From NCBI GenBank assembly GCA_007132095.1, contig SLPH01000015.1, forward strand, positions 221-64,220: a stretch of DNA of 64,000 nucleotides. The letters run 5' to 3'. The translations under genes were made by a program, and so were the position numbers. A model generated the notes under the pieces. That model did not search any database. It was not told the origin of the DNA and saw only the letters and a list, made by a program, of their open reading frames with translations. Positions 56,760-64,000 of the stretch are shown here, in pieces. This stretch comes from Syntrophomonadaceae bacterium. GTDB taxonomy: Bacteria > Bacillota > Dethiobacteria > DTU022. The stretch's first letter is position 1; every line of letters starts with the position of its first letter.

Positions 56760-56835
56760 TGGCTGCGGGACTAGGGATCGAACCTAGGCTTGGTGATCCA
56801 GAGTCACCCGTGCTACCGCTACACCATCCCGCAGC
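56760..56835 (-). tRNA. tRNA-Gln (anticodon CTG)
   Basis: The reverse complement folds as a cloverleaf with a CTCTGGA anticodon loop, GGTTCGATCC T-arm and CCA. It lies downstream of gltX on the same strand. Confidence 0.9.
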
Positions 56836-56932
56836 GTCTCTTAAATTATAACGGAGGGGCATCAAAAATTCAAGGCGGCCCGGAAACGGTCCCCTTTTGA
56901 GCTGATCGGTAAATGTCAGGGGACCGTGAAGA

Positions 56933-58381
56933 CTAAAACTCAGTCTCGATAAACTCTGCAGCCCTGAACAACCGTGCGGCTGTTTTTTCACGGCCCAGGA
57001 CCTCCATGATCGCAAACAGGCCGGGCCCGTCCATCCTGCCTGTCAGGGCCAGCCGCGTTGGAGCAATCAACCGCCCCTTGGAAATATCCAGCTCTTCGCA
57101 TAAATTGTTGAATTTTTCCTCGGCAGCTTCTGCGTTAAAAAGGGATAGCTTAAGAAGCGACCCCGCTGCCTGGCGCAGCAGGTCTGCAACTCCTTCTTTC
57201 TGAAAATGCTTTGCAGCGCCTTTTTGATCGTAATCGTAATCATCGCGGTAAAAATAAGTCGATACCTGGGCCAGTTCAGCCAGGGTTTTTGCCCTCTCCC
57301 GCACTGTTTCGACAACTTTTTCCAGGTAGGCCTGCTCGTTATCTTCAAGGGGTCTTGTGACCAGCTCAATGTTTTCGTAAAAGGGCAGCGCTTCGCTGAT
57401 AAGCTGATCGATCGGGTAATCACGGATGTAGTTTCCGTTCATCCAGGTCAACTTGGTTACATCGTAAATGGCCGCTGTTTTAGTCACCTTGTCAAGCGAG
57501 AACTTTGCTGCCAGTTCATCCATGGACATGATCTCTTCTTCCTCCCCGCCTGGTGACCAGCCAAGCAGGACAATGTAATTTATCAGGGCTTCCGGCAGGT
57601 AACCGCCATCCTTAAACTCCTCTACCGAGGTAGCGCCGTGCCTTTTGCTGAGTTTACTGCGATCAGGAGCCAGGATCATGGGAACATGGGCAAATATAGG
57701 CAGCTTATAACCGAGAGCCATGGCGCAGAGCTGCTGCCTTGGCGTATTGGAGAGGTGTTCTTCTGCGCGGATGACGTGGGTGATCTCCATTTTAAGATCG
57801 TCAATGATGCTGGCAAAATTATAAGTGGGCAGGCCGTTTGATTTCATGATAATAAAATCATCGAGGCCGGAGTTTTCAAAAGAGACCTCTCCCCGGACCA
57901 TATCGCTGACCACGGTTTGTCCGTTATCCGGGGTTAGCAGGCGCACAACCGGCTTCTGGCCCTCTGCCAGCAGCTTTTCGCGTTTTTCAGGGCTCAGGTT
58001 GCGGCAGGTTCCCGGGTACAAAAAGGTCCGGCCTTCTTTTTTGGCCGCCTCCCTCCCACTTTCAAGCTCTTCCGTGGTGCAGAAGCAATGATAGGCCAGT
58101 TTTCCGGAGATAAGTATTTCGGCTTCTTCCCGGTATATCTCGAGTCTTTGTGATTGGCTGTAAGGGCCTTCGTCCCAGTCCAGACCCAACCATTTCATTG
58201 AAGCCACTAGTTTATCTATGTATTGATCACGGGAGCGTTCAAGGTCGGTATCGTCAATGCGCAGTACAAATACGCCTCCCGTGCCGCGGGCGAAGAGGTA
58301 GTTGAACAGGGCAGTTCGCGCTCCGCCTATGTGCAGTTCACCTGTTGGGCTGGGGGCAAACCTTACTCTCGGTGCAGACAT
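56933..58381 (-). CDS. gltX: Glutamyl-tRNA synthetase
   Basis: The class-I HIGH motif appears as RFAPSPTGELHIGGARTALFNY, and KLSKR is KMSKS-like. 482 aa. Confidence 0.9.
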   Translation of the reverse strand: MSAPRVRFAPSPTGELHIGGARTALFNYLFARGTGGVFVLRIDDTDLERSRDQYIDKLVASMKWLGLDWDEGPYSQSQRLEIYREEAEILISGKLAYHCFCTTEELESGREAAKKEGRTFLYPGTCRNLSPEKREKLLAEGQKPVVRLLTPDNGQTVVSDMVRGEVSFENSGLDDFIIMKSNGLPTYNFASIIDDLKMEITHVIRAEEHLSNTPRQQLCAMALGYKLPIFAHVPMILAPDRSKLSKRHGATSVEEFKDGGYLPEALINYIVLLGWSPGGEEEEIMSMDELAAKFSLDKVTKTAAIYDVTKLTWMNGNYIRDYPIDQLISEALPFYENIELVTRPLEDNEQAYLEKVVETVRERAKTLAELAQVSTYFYRDDYDYDQKGAAKHFQKEGVADLLRQAAGSLLKLSLFNAEAAEEKFNNLCEELDISKGRLIAPTRLALTGRMDGPGLFAIMEVLGREKTAARLFRAAEFIETEF

Positions 58382-58514
58382 TTTATAACCTCCGCATATT
58401 TTTAGTCACAAGGCCCTGAAAGGGCTAAATTAACAGGCCCGGCTTCTCAACCGGGCCGATAACTGGCAGCAGAGCCGGGATATAAATCAGCCTCTTTCCC
58501 GGGTTTAAAGCAGT

Positions 58515-59648
58515 TTAGGTTAGAATGGAAAGCAGAATACCTGCTGCTACAGCCGAACCGATTACACCGGCAACATTCGGGCCCATGGCGTGCATGAGCA
58601 GGTAATTGTTCGGGTTTTCCTCTTTACCAACAGCCTGGGAGACCCTGGCGGCCATCGGGACCGCTGAAACTCCGGCTGAACCGATTAACGGGTTGATCCG
58701 GCCGCCGGTGAACTTATAGAGCAATTTACCCATCAGCACTCCGGTGAAAGTTCCGAAAGCAAAAGCAGCAAGGCCGAGGCCAATAATTTTCAGGGTGTCG
58801 GGGGTGAGGAAATATGCGGCAGTAGCTTTACCTCCCACGCTGATTCCAAGGAAAATAACGACAATATTATTCAGCTCATTCTGGGCGGCTTTACTCAAAC
58901 GCTCTGTAACTCCGCTCTCCCTGAGCAGGTTGCCAAGCATAAGCATCCCGAGCAGCGGGATAGCTGCCGGGAGAAGTAATCCGGTAAGGATAATGACAAT
59001 GATCGGAAAGAGAACTTTTTCCGTCTTTGAGACGGGTCGCAGCTGTTCCATCACTACCTGCCGCTCTTTTTTGGTGGTCAAAAGCTTCATAATCGGCGGT
59101 TGGATGATGGGAACCAGGGCCATGTAAGAGTAAGCGGCTATAGCGATGGAGCCGAGAAGCTCCGGCGCAAGCTGGTTGGCCAGAAAGATCGCCGTTGGCC
59201 CGTCGGCCCCCCCGATTATTCCGATTGCTCCTGCCTGCTGGGGAGAAAAGCCCATAAAAAAGGCGCCGACAAAAGTCATGAATATACCGAACTGGGCTGC
59301 CGCGCCCAACAGCAGGGTAACAGGGTTGGCAATCAGGGGTCCGAAATCTGTTAAAGCCCCGACGCCTAAAAAGATCAGCGGTGGATAAATACCATATTCC
59401 AAACCGAGGGCAAGATAATAAAGCAGGCCGCCGGCATCCTGTCCGGGGCCGGGAGCAGCCATCAGGTCGCCCAGCGGCAGGTTTACAAGTAAAATGCCGA
59501 AGCTGATCGGAACCAGCAGCAGCGGTTCATACTTCTTAACAATACCCAAATATAGCAGGAAGCAGGCAATCACGATCATGAGCACTTCCGGCGGTGTCAG
59601 GTTAAAATAACCGGTTGATTCTAAAAATTCCCAGGCTAGTTCAATCAC
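58515..59648 (-). CDS. oadB: Na+-translocating decarboxylase beta subunit (OadB/GcdB/MmdB family)
   Basis: 377-aa polytopic membrane protein. The OadB-like Gly-rich helices fit the family. Confidence 0.8.
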   Translation of the reverse strand: MIELAWEFLESTGYFNLTPPEVLMIVIACFLLYLGIVKKYEPLLLVPISFGILLVNLPLGDLMAAPGPGQDAGGLLYYLALGLEYGIYPPLIFLGVGALTDFGPLIANPVTLLLGAAAQFGIFMTFVGAFFMGFSPQQAGAIGIIGGADGPTAIFLANQLAPELLGSIAIAAYSYMALVPIIQPPIMKLLTTKKERQVVMEQLRPVSKTEKVLFPIIVIILTGLLLPAAIPLLGMLMLGNLLRESGVTERLSKAAQNELNNIVVIFLGISVGGKATAAYFLTPDTLKIIGLGLAAFAFGTFTGVLMGKLLYKFTGGRINPLIGSAGVSAVPMAARVSQAVGKEENPNNYLLMHAMGPNVAGVIGSAVAAGILLSILT

Positions 59649-59689
59649 AGGTTCATCCCCTTTTTAAGTAATTTTAGTGGCGCGTCATT

Positions 59690-60112
59690 TTACGACAACA
59701 CTACCAGGGGATCGCCGCTGTTAACTGTATCGCCTTTTTTCACCATGACCTGAGAAACGGTGCCTGCCTGGGAAGCGGTAAGTTCATTTTCCATTTTCAT
59801 CGCCTCCAGGATCAATAATACATCACCGTCTTTTACGACATCACCTTCGTTGACAACAACATTTATTACTGAGCCCGGCATTGGCGCTTTTACGGTAAAC
59901 CCGGCGCCGCTCGCAGCGGGCTGGGGGCTTTCCTGTTTAGCGGGAGTTTCTGCCGGTTTAGCAGCTGCGGCAGGAGCCGGACTTGCTGCCGGTGCAGGAA
60001 CGGAAGCGGCTGCGGCAGGCTGGCTGTCGGTGGAGTTTTCGCCGCTTTCCTTCAGTTCTTCAACCTGAACTGTAAAAGGCTGTCCATCTACTGTTACTTT
60101 AAATGTTTTCAC
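59690..60112 (-). CDS. Biotin carboxyl carrier subunit of the decarboxylase (GcdC/MmdC-like)
   Basis: Ala/Pro-rich linker, then a biotinyl domain with the EAMKMENE motif. Confidence 0.8.
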   Translation of the reverse strand: MKTFKVTVDGQPFTVQVEELKESGENSTDSQPAAAASVPAPAASPAPAAAAKPAETPAKQESPQPAASGAGFTVKAPMPGSVINVVVNEGDVVKDGDVLLILEAMKMENELTASQAGTVSQVMVKKGDTVNSGDPLVVLS

Positions 60113-60497
60113 GCTGTTTATTCCTCCTAATCTGTTCTAAAACTATTCTACCGGATTGAAGGCGTTTCCGGCCATTAATAACCCAGTTGTTTGCACTCCC
60201 CCCGCCAGGCTGCTGAACAGAAATAGTTAATCTGCCCGGTGAGTAAGAAGCACCCATCCCTTCGATATAAGCGTATACTGCTCCCATTGCTGCAGCGATA
60301 ACCGCTTCCGGCGCTTTTCCCGCAGGTTCGGAAGCTACAGCAGGAGCGGTGGTTCCTTCTGATTTCGCCGGTTTTTCTTTTTTATAAAAGATGCGATTAA
60401 AAAGGATCAGAAGAAAAAAGAGGGAGATCAGTGTTACAAGGACAACAGTAAAGCCAAGAACCAGAACCTGTAATGCAAATGTTAGATCATTTCCCAT
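60099..60497 (-). CDS. Decarboxylase small membrane-anchor subunit (OadG-like)
   Basis: N-terminal transmembrane helix, then an Ala/Pro-rich segment, typical of OadG/GcdD-type subunits. It overlaps the biotin-carrier gene by 14 nt. Confidence 0.6.
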   Translation of the reverse strand: MGNDLTFALQVLVLGFTVVLVTLISLFFLLILFNRIFYKKEKPAKSEGTTAPAVASEPAGKAPEAVIAAAMGAVYAYIEGMGASYSPGRLTISVQQPGGGSANNWVINGRKRLQSGRIVLEQIRRNKQRENI

Positions 60498-60582
60498 CTA
60501 TGTAATAATCCCTCCCGGGTGAGCATATACTCAATAATAGCATTTATGAAGCGGCCTGAAAAGGGCGATTTAGCCTTTTACC

Positions 60583-61410
60583 TTAATTCATCAGTATCTT
60601 GAGCCTGTCAAGGTAAAATCCATCCACGGCTAAATGAGTAGGATATTGATGCCCGGCGCTGTTATCACCATGGTAATCCGATCCTCCTGTAACGACAAGC
60701 CCTTTTGCTTCAGCAACCTGCAGGTAAAAATGTCTCAGGGAAAAATCATGATCGGGATGAAAAACTTCAATCCCCCTGATCCCTGCTGCGACAAGTTCTC
60801 CAACCAGGGATTGACAGGCGCGGCCCGGATGGGCCAAAACAGGCACCGCTCCGCAATCGGTGAGAAGTTTAATGGTCTGAGCCAGGGTATAAGTTTCACG
60901 GGGAATGTAGGCCGGCTGCCCCTTGCCAATGAAGCTTTTAAAGGCCCGTTCAATTGAATTAACATATCCCTTGCGGTGTAACAGGCGGGCCAGGTGCAGG
61001 CGGCCGGGAGCGGCTTCTCCGCTCTCAGCAGCAATCTCTGACTCACTTACAGAAAAACCCAATCTATTTAAGGCTTTCAGCATTGCTGCCATTCGTCCTG
61101 CCCGTTTGCTGCGCAGCTTGTAAAGTGATTCTTGCAGCCGGTCTAGCTTTTTAAGCCCGTATCCTAAAATGTGTATTTCTCTCCCCTTTTCGATTACCCC
61201 GATTTCAACTCCCGCTACAACTTCGGTCTGGTGCTTTTTTCCGGCTGTGAAGGCTTCTTCCAGCCCTTCAACAGTATCATGATCGGTGAGGGCAACGGCA
61301 GAGAGCCCATATCCTGAGGCCATGCCTATCAGTTCGCCAGGTCTGAGCAGTCCATCCGAACAGCTGCTGTGCAGGTGCAAGTCAACCTTATACTTTATCG
61401 TTTTCACCAA
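60583..61410 (-). CDS. PHP-domain phosphoesterase (TrpH/YciV-like)
   Basis: VDLHLHSSCSDG and the downstream His/Asp metal ligands fit the PHP family. Confidence 0.75.
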   Translation of the reverse strand: MVKTIKYKVDLHLHSSCSDGLLRPGELIGMASGYGLSAVALTDHDTVEGLEEAFTAGKKHQTEVVAGVEIGVIEKGREIHILGYGLKKLDRLQESLYKLRSKRAGRMAAMLKALNRLGFSVSESEIAAESGEAAPGRLHLARLLHRKGYVNSIERAFKSFIGKGQPAYIPRETYTLAQTIKLLTDCGAVPVLAHPGRACQSLVGELVAAGIRGIEVFHPDHDFSLRHFYLQVAEAKGLVVTGGSDYHGDNSAGHQYPTHLAVDGFYLDRLKILMN

Positions 61411-61456
61411 CTTCTTTAATTTAATTGCTTATTACTATATAGGTTATTTGTGGAAG

Positions 61457-61506
61457 TGGATCACTTATTTCCTGGCGTTTTGCTCAAAAATGGATCACTT
61501 TTATTT
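61457..61506. repeat. Direct repeat TGGATCACTT(A/T)TATTT x2, 34 nt apart, in the PHP-gene promoter region
   Basis: tggatcacttattt at 61457 and tggatcacttttattt at 61491. This could be a regulator binding site. Confidence 0.3.
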
Positions 61507-61621
61507 AAGCGTTTATAATTTAATTGTATTTGGCCTGTTACCGCACAGTCATATTATATCAAAGAGGATAATTCTTATGGCGCAAACAGGGGCCTAAAAT
61601 AGATAAATTTCATACTGAAGC

Positions 61622-61657
61622 AAAAAAAGCGCTCCCTTTTCTAAGTTAAGAGAGCGC
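61622..61657 (-). terminator. Rho-independent terminator after spoVS
   Basis: On the minus strand: gcgctc / gagcgc stem with a 17-nt loop, followed by TTTTTTT. Confidence 0.55.
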
Positions 61658-61688
61658 CTAAGATCTTTTTATCCGGAAGAGATATTCT

Positions 61689-61949
61689 TTAACGGGGTTC
61701 AATAATTAGCTTTATAGCAGTCCTCTCTTCTCCATCAATTTCGATGTCGGTAAAAGCGGGGATACAAATTAAATCAATCCCGCCCGGCGCAACAAAGCCG
61801 CGAGCAATAGCGACCGCTTTTACCGCCTGGTTCAGGGCGCCGGCACCTATAGTCTGGATCTCTGCTCCCCCTCTTTCCCGCAGCACCCCTGCCAGAGCGC
61901 CGGCTACAGAATTGGGATTGGATTTTGCTGAAACTTTTAATACCTCCAT
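61689..61949 (-). CDS. spoVS: Stage V sporulation protein S
   Basis: 86 aa, a near-invariant SpoVS sequence (KVSAKSNPNSVAGALAGVLRE...). Confidence 0.9.
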   Translation of the reverse strand: MEVLKVSAKSNPNSVAGALAGVLRERGGAEIQTIGAGALNQAVKAVAIARGFVAPGGIDLICIPAFTDIEIDGEERTAIKLIIEPR

Positions 61950-62036
61950 TGTCGTAGGCCTCCTCTGCGGATTTAAGCTATATTTCTGCGTCTATTACAA
62001 ATATCCTGCCAGAATTATATGAAATTTATCTATTTC

Positions 62037-62819
62037 CTATTTTATTATACTATTAATTCTCTCTATTGACAGAGCCTTACCCGTCCTGACCTCAAAATCG
62101 ATGAAAACGGCATTGAAAAGCTTTCTGCCGCCTGTAATACTCAGTTCAGCCGGTAGCTGAGTCAAAAAGCGCTTCAATGGCCCTTCAGGGTCAACACCCA
62201 GGATGGAGTTATATTGGCCGGCCATCCCCACATCACTAATATAGGCTGTCCCTCCTGGCAGGATCCTTTCGTCTGCTGTTTGCACATGGGTGTGAGTGCC
62301 TATAACAGCCCCGACCCGTCCGTTTAAGTGCCAGGCCAGGGCCTGTTTTTCTGAAGTGGCTTCGGTATGAAAGTCGATTATAGTAATGTCGGCATCTTTC
62401 CCCTGCGCAGTGCAAATTTTATTTGCGCAGGAAAAAGGGCAGTCTATCGGCCGCATGAATACCCTTCCCAGGATATTGGCTATGCAGTACCTGGTACCGT
62501 TTCTTTCAATCACTATCGAGCCGCGGCCGGGTGTGCCTTCAGGGTAATTGGCCGGTCTGAGCAGCTGCTCGGAACTGTCGATAAACTGGAAGATCTCTTT
62601 CCGGTCCCAGATATGGTTCCCCCCTGTTACCAGGTCAATGCCGGCTTCAGTCAGTTCATCCAACACCTTTTCTGTGATGCCGGCTCCTCCGGCCGCATTT
62701 TCACCGTTTGCAATAACGAGATCGGGGTTGCGCCTTGCTATAAGTCCGGGAAGCACTTTATTTACAGCCTCTCTGCCAGGTTTGCCTACAATGTCGCCAA
62801 TAAAAAGTATGCTGGCCAT
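62037..62819 (-). CDS. ymdB: YmdB-type 2',3'-cyclic-nucleotide phosphodiesterase (metallophosphoesterase)
   Basis: ILFIGDIVGKPGR and GENAAGGAGIT are YmdB motifs. The gene sits between rny and spoVS, as in Bacillus. Confidence 0.85.
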   Translation of the reverse strand: MASILFIGDIVGKPGREAVNKVLPGLIARRNPDLVIANGENAAGGAGITEKVLDELTEAGIDLVTGGNHIWDRKEIFQFIDSSEQLLRPANYPEGTPGRGSIVIERNGTRYCIANILGRVFMRPIDCPFSCANKICTAQGKDADITIIDFHTEATSEKQALAWHLNGRVGAVIGTHTHVQTADERILPGGTAYISDVGMAGQYNSILGVDPEGPLKRFLTQLPAELSITGGRKLFNAVFIDFEVRTGKALSIERINSIIK

Positions 62820-62902
62820 ATTTCCTCCTAGAGAAAAGTGCCCCTCATGTTAAGAAAAGGGGCACTTAGTTAGTTATAGGGTAATAAGCTGCGAACAGGC
62901 CT

Positions 62903-64000
62903 CTACTTGGCGTAATCGACTGCCCTGGTTTCCCTGATCACAGTTACCTTAATCTGACCGGGGTATTCAAGATCACTTTCGATCTTTTTAACAATATCCC
63001 TGGCTATCTTGATTGATGAATAATCATCAATCTTGTCCGGCTTAACCATGATCCGGATCTCCCTGCCGGCATGGATGGCATAGGCTTTTTCCACGCCATC
63101 AAAAGAGTCGGCAATGTTCTCCAGTTTCTCGAGCCGCTTGATATAAGCTTCAAGGGTTTCGCGCCTGGCGCCGGGCCGGACTGCCGAAATTGCATCAGCG
63201 GCCTGAATTAAAACGGCTTCCATGGTCTGAAAATCAATATCGCCGTGGTGGGCCGCAATAGCATTGATAATACCGTTGTTTTCCTTGTATTTCTTTGCCA
63301 TTTCTGCGCCAATTACAACATGCGAGCCTTCAGTTTCGTGGTCGATCGCTTTTCCAATATCATGAAGCAGGCCTGCCCTCTTGGCAAAGTTGATATCCAG
63401 GCCCAGTTCAGCTGCCATAATTCCGGCCAGGTGGGCCACTTCAATAGAATGTTGAAGCACATTTTGTCCATAACTGGTTCTGAATTTGAGTTTGCCCAGC
63501 AGGAGGACCAGTTCGGGATGAAGGCCGTGAACACGAGCTTCAAATGTTGCCCGTTCTCCTTCTTCCTTGATCTGAGCGTCAACCTCTTTACGGGTTTTTT
63601 CTACGATCTCTTCAATTCGGGCCGGGTGTATCCGGCCGTCGCTGACTAACTTCTCCAGGGCCAGGCGGGCAACTTCCCTCCGGATCGGGTCGAATCCCGA
63701 TATGATAACGGCTTCCGGGGTATCGTCGATAATCAGATCAATTCCGGTCAGCGTTTCCAATGCCCTGATATTTCTCCCCTCCCGGCCGATAATCCGGCCC
63801 TTCATTTCATCATTAGGGAGAGAAACAACCGATACGGTTGACTCGGAGACATGATCGGCAGCGCACCTTTGGATAGCCATGGTGACTATATCGCGCGCCT
63901 TCTTGTCAGCTTCTTCTTTTGCCTTGGTCTCGATATCCTTAACCATGATCACCATTTCATGCTCAATTTCGTTTCTTACGCGCTGTAAAAGAATTTCTTT
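62903..64000 (-). CDS. rny: Ribonuclease Y, C-terminal part (KH + HD domains); N-terminus lies beyond the window end
   Basis: KH motif [13 protein letters not shown], then an HD-domain HxxD...H pattern. The ORF runs open to coordinate 64000. Confidence 0.85.
   Translation of the reverse strand, partial: KEILLQRVRNEIEHEMVIMVKDIETKAKEEADKKARDIVTMAIQRCAADHVSESTVSVVSLPNDEMKGRIIGREGRNIRALETLTGIDLIIDDTPEAVIISGFDPIRREVARLALEKLVSDGRIHPARIEEIVEKTRKEVDAQIKEEGERATFEARVHGLHPELVLLLGKLKFRTSYGQNVLQHSIEVAHLAGIMAAELGLDINFAKRAGLLHDIGKAIDHETEGSHVVIGAEMAKKYKENNGIINAIAAHHGDIDFQTMEAVLIQAADAISAVRPGARRETLEAYIKRLEKLENIADSFDGVEKAYAIHAGREIRIMVKPDKIDDYSSIKIARDIVKKIESDLEYPGQIKVTVIRETRAVDYAK

Noticed and set aside
1-64000. 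CRISPR arrays, IS elements or transposases, rRNA genes
   Set aside because: No regularly spaced repeats, transposase-like ORFs with terminal inverted repeats, or rRNA-like sequence were seen. The only mobile-element-like feature is the truncated tyrosine recombinase.

Overview
This window is a chromosomal segment from a low-GC-Gram-positive-type anaerobe, probably a spore-forming Firmicute. The phylum call rests on spoVS, the rny-ymdB-spoVS and miaB-mutS-mutL-miaA-hfq-hflX gene orders, Cheo-type LexA boxes, T-box-like leaders, and Shine-Dalgarno sequences of the GGAGG type. GC content is about 55%. All assignments come from reading the translated ORFs and the DNA by eye; no database search was run.

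About two thirds of the window is core housekeeping. It holds five tRNAs: Lys, Tyr and Thr as a cluster, plus Trp and Gln. There is an MTA-salvage operon (mtnP-mtnA-mtaD), surE, rtcB and proCBA. Further on are miaB-mutS-mutL-miaA-hfq-hflX, lexA, leuA, gltX and rny-ymdB-spoVS. The membrane, biotin-carrier and gamma subunits of a Na+-translocating decarboxylase are also present.

The first 21 kb is metabolic and accessory. (1) A D-specific beta-oxidation module of the peroxisomal MFE-2 / SCPx type: SDR dehydrogenase, hydratase-2, an HMG-CoA-synthase-like domain fused to DUF35, and an SCPx-type thiolase. (2) An operon of a GctAB-like CoA-transferase, thiolase II and an ornithine-carbamoyltransferase-like gene, ending in a 1447-aa fusion of two BadF/BcrAD-type activase ATPase domains with a long Cys-motif-rich C-terminal region that I think resembles DUF2229 (named from memory). 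(3) An SOS-box-preceded yolD plus Y-family polymerase operon. (4) A selenium-dependent molybdenum hydroxylase maturation cassette: carbamate kinase, YqeB, and a YqeC-MocA fusion. No hydroxylase structural gene is in the window.

Several other items deserve a second look. There are candidate proline and leucine T-box leaders. A tyrosine-recombinase catalytic domain stands alone with a C-terminal zinc ribbon. A locus encodes a lipoprotein, CapA, a GT4 glycosyltransferase and a PurM-like protein. An EVE-domain gene lacks a canonical start codon and sits in frame behind a single TGA.
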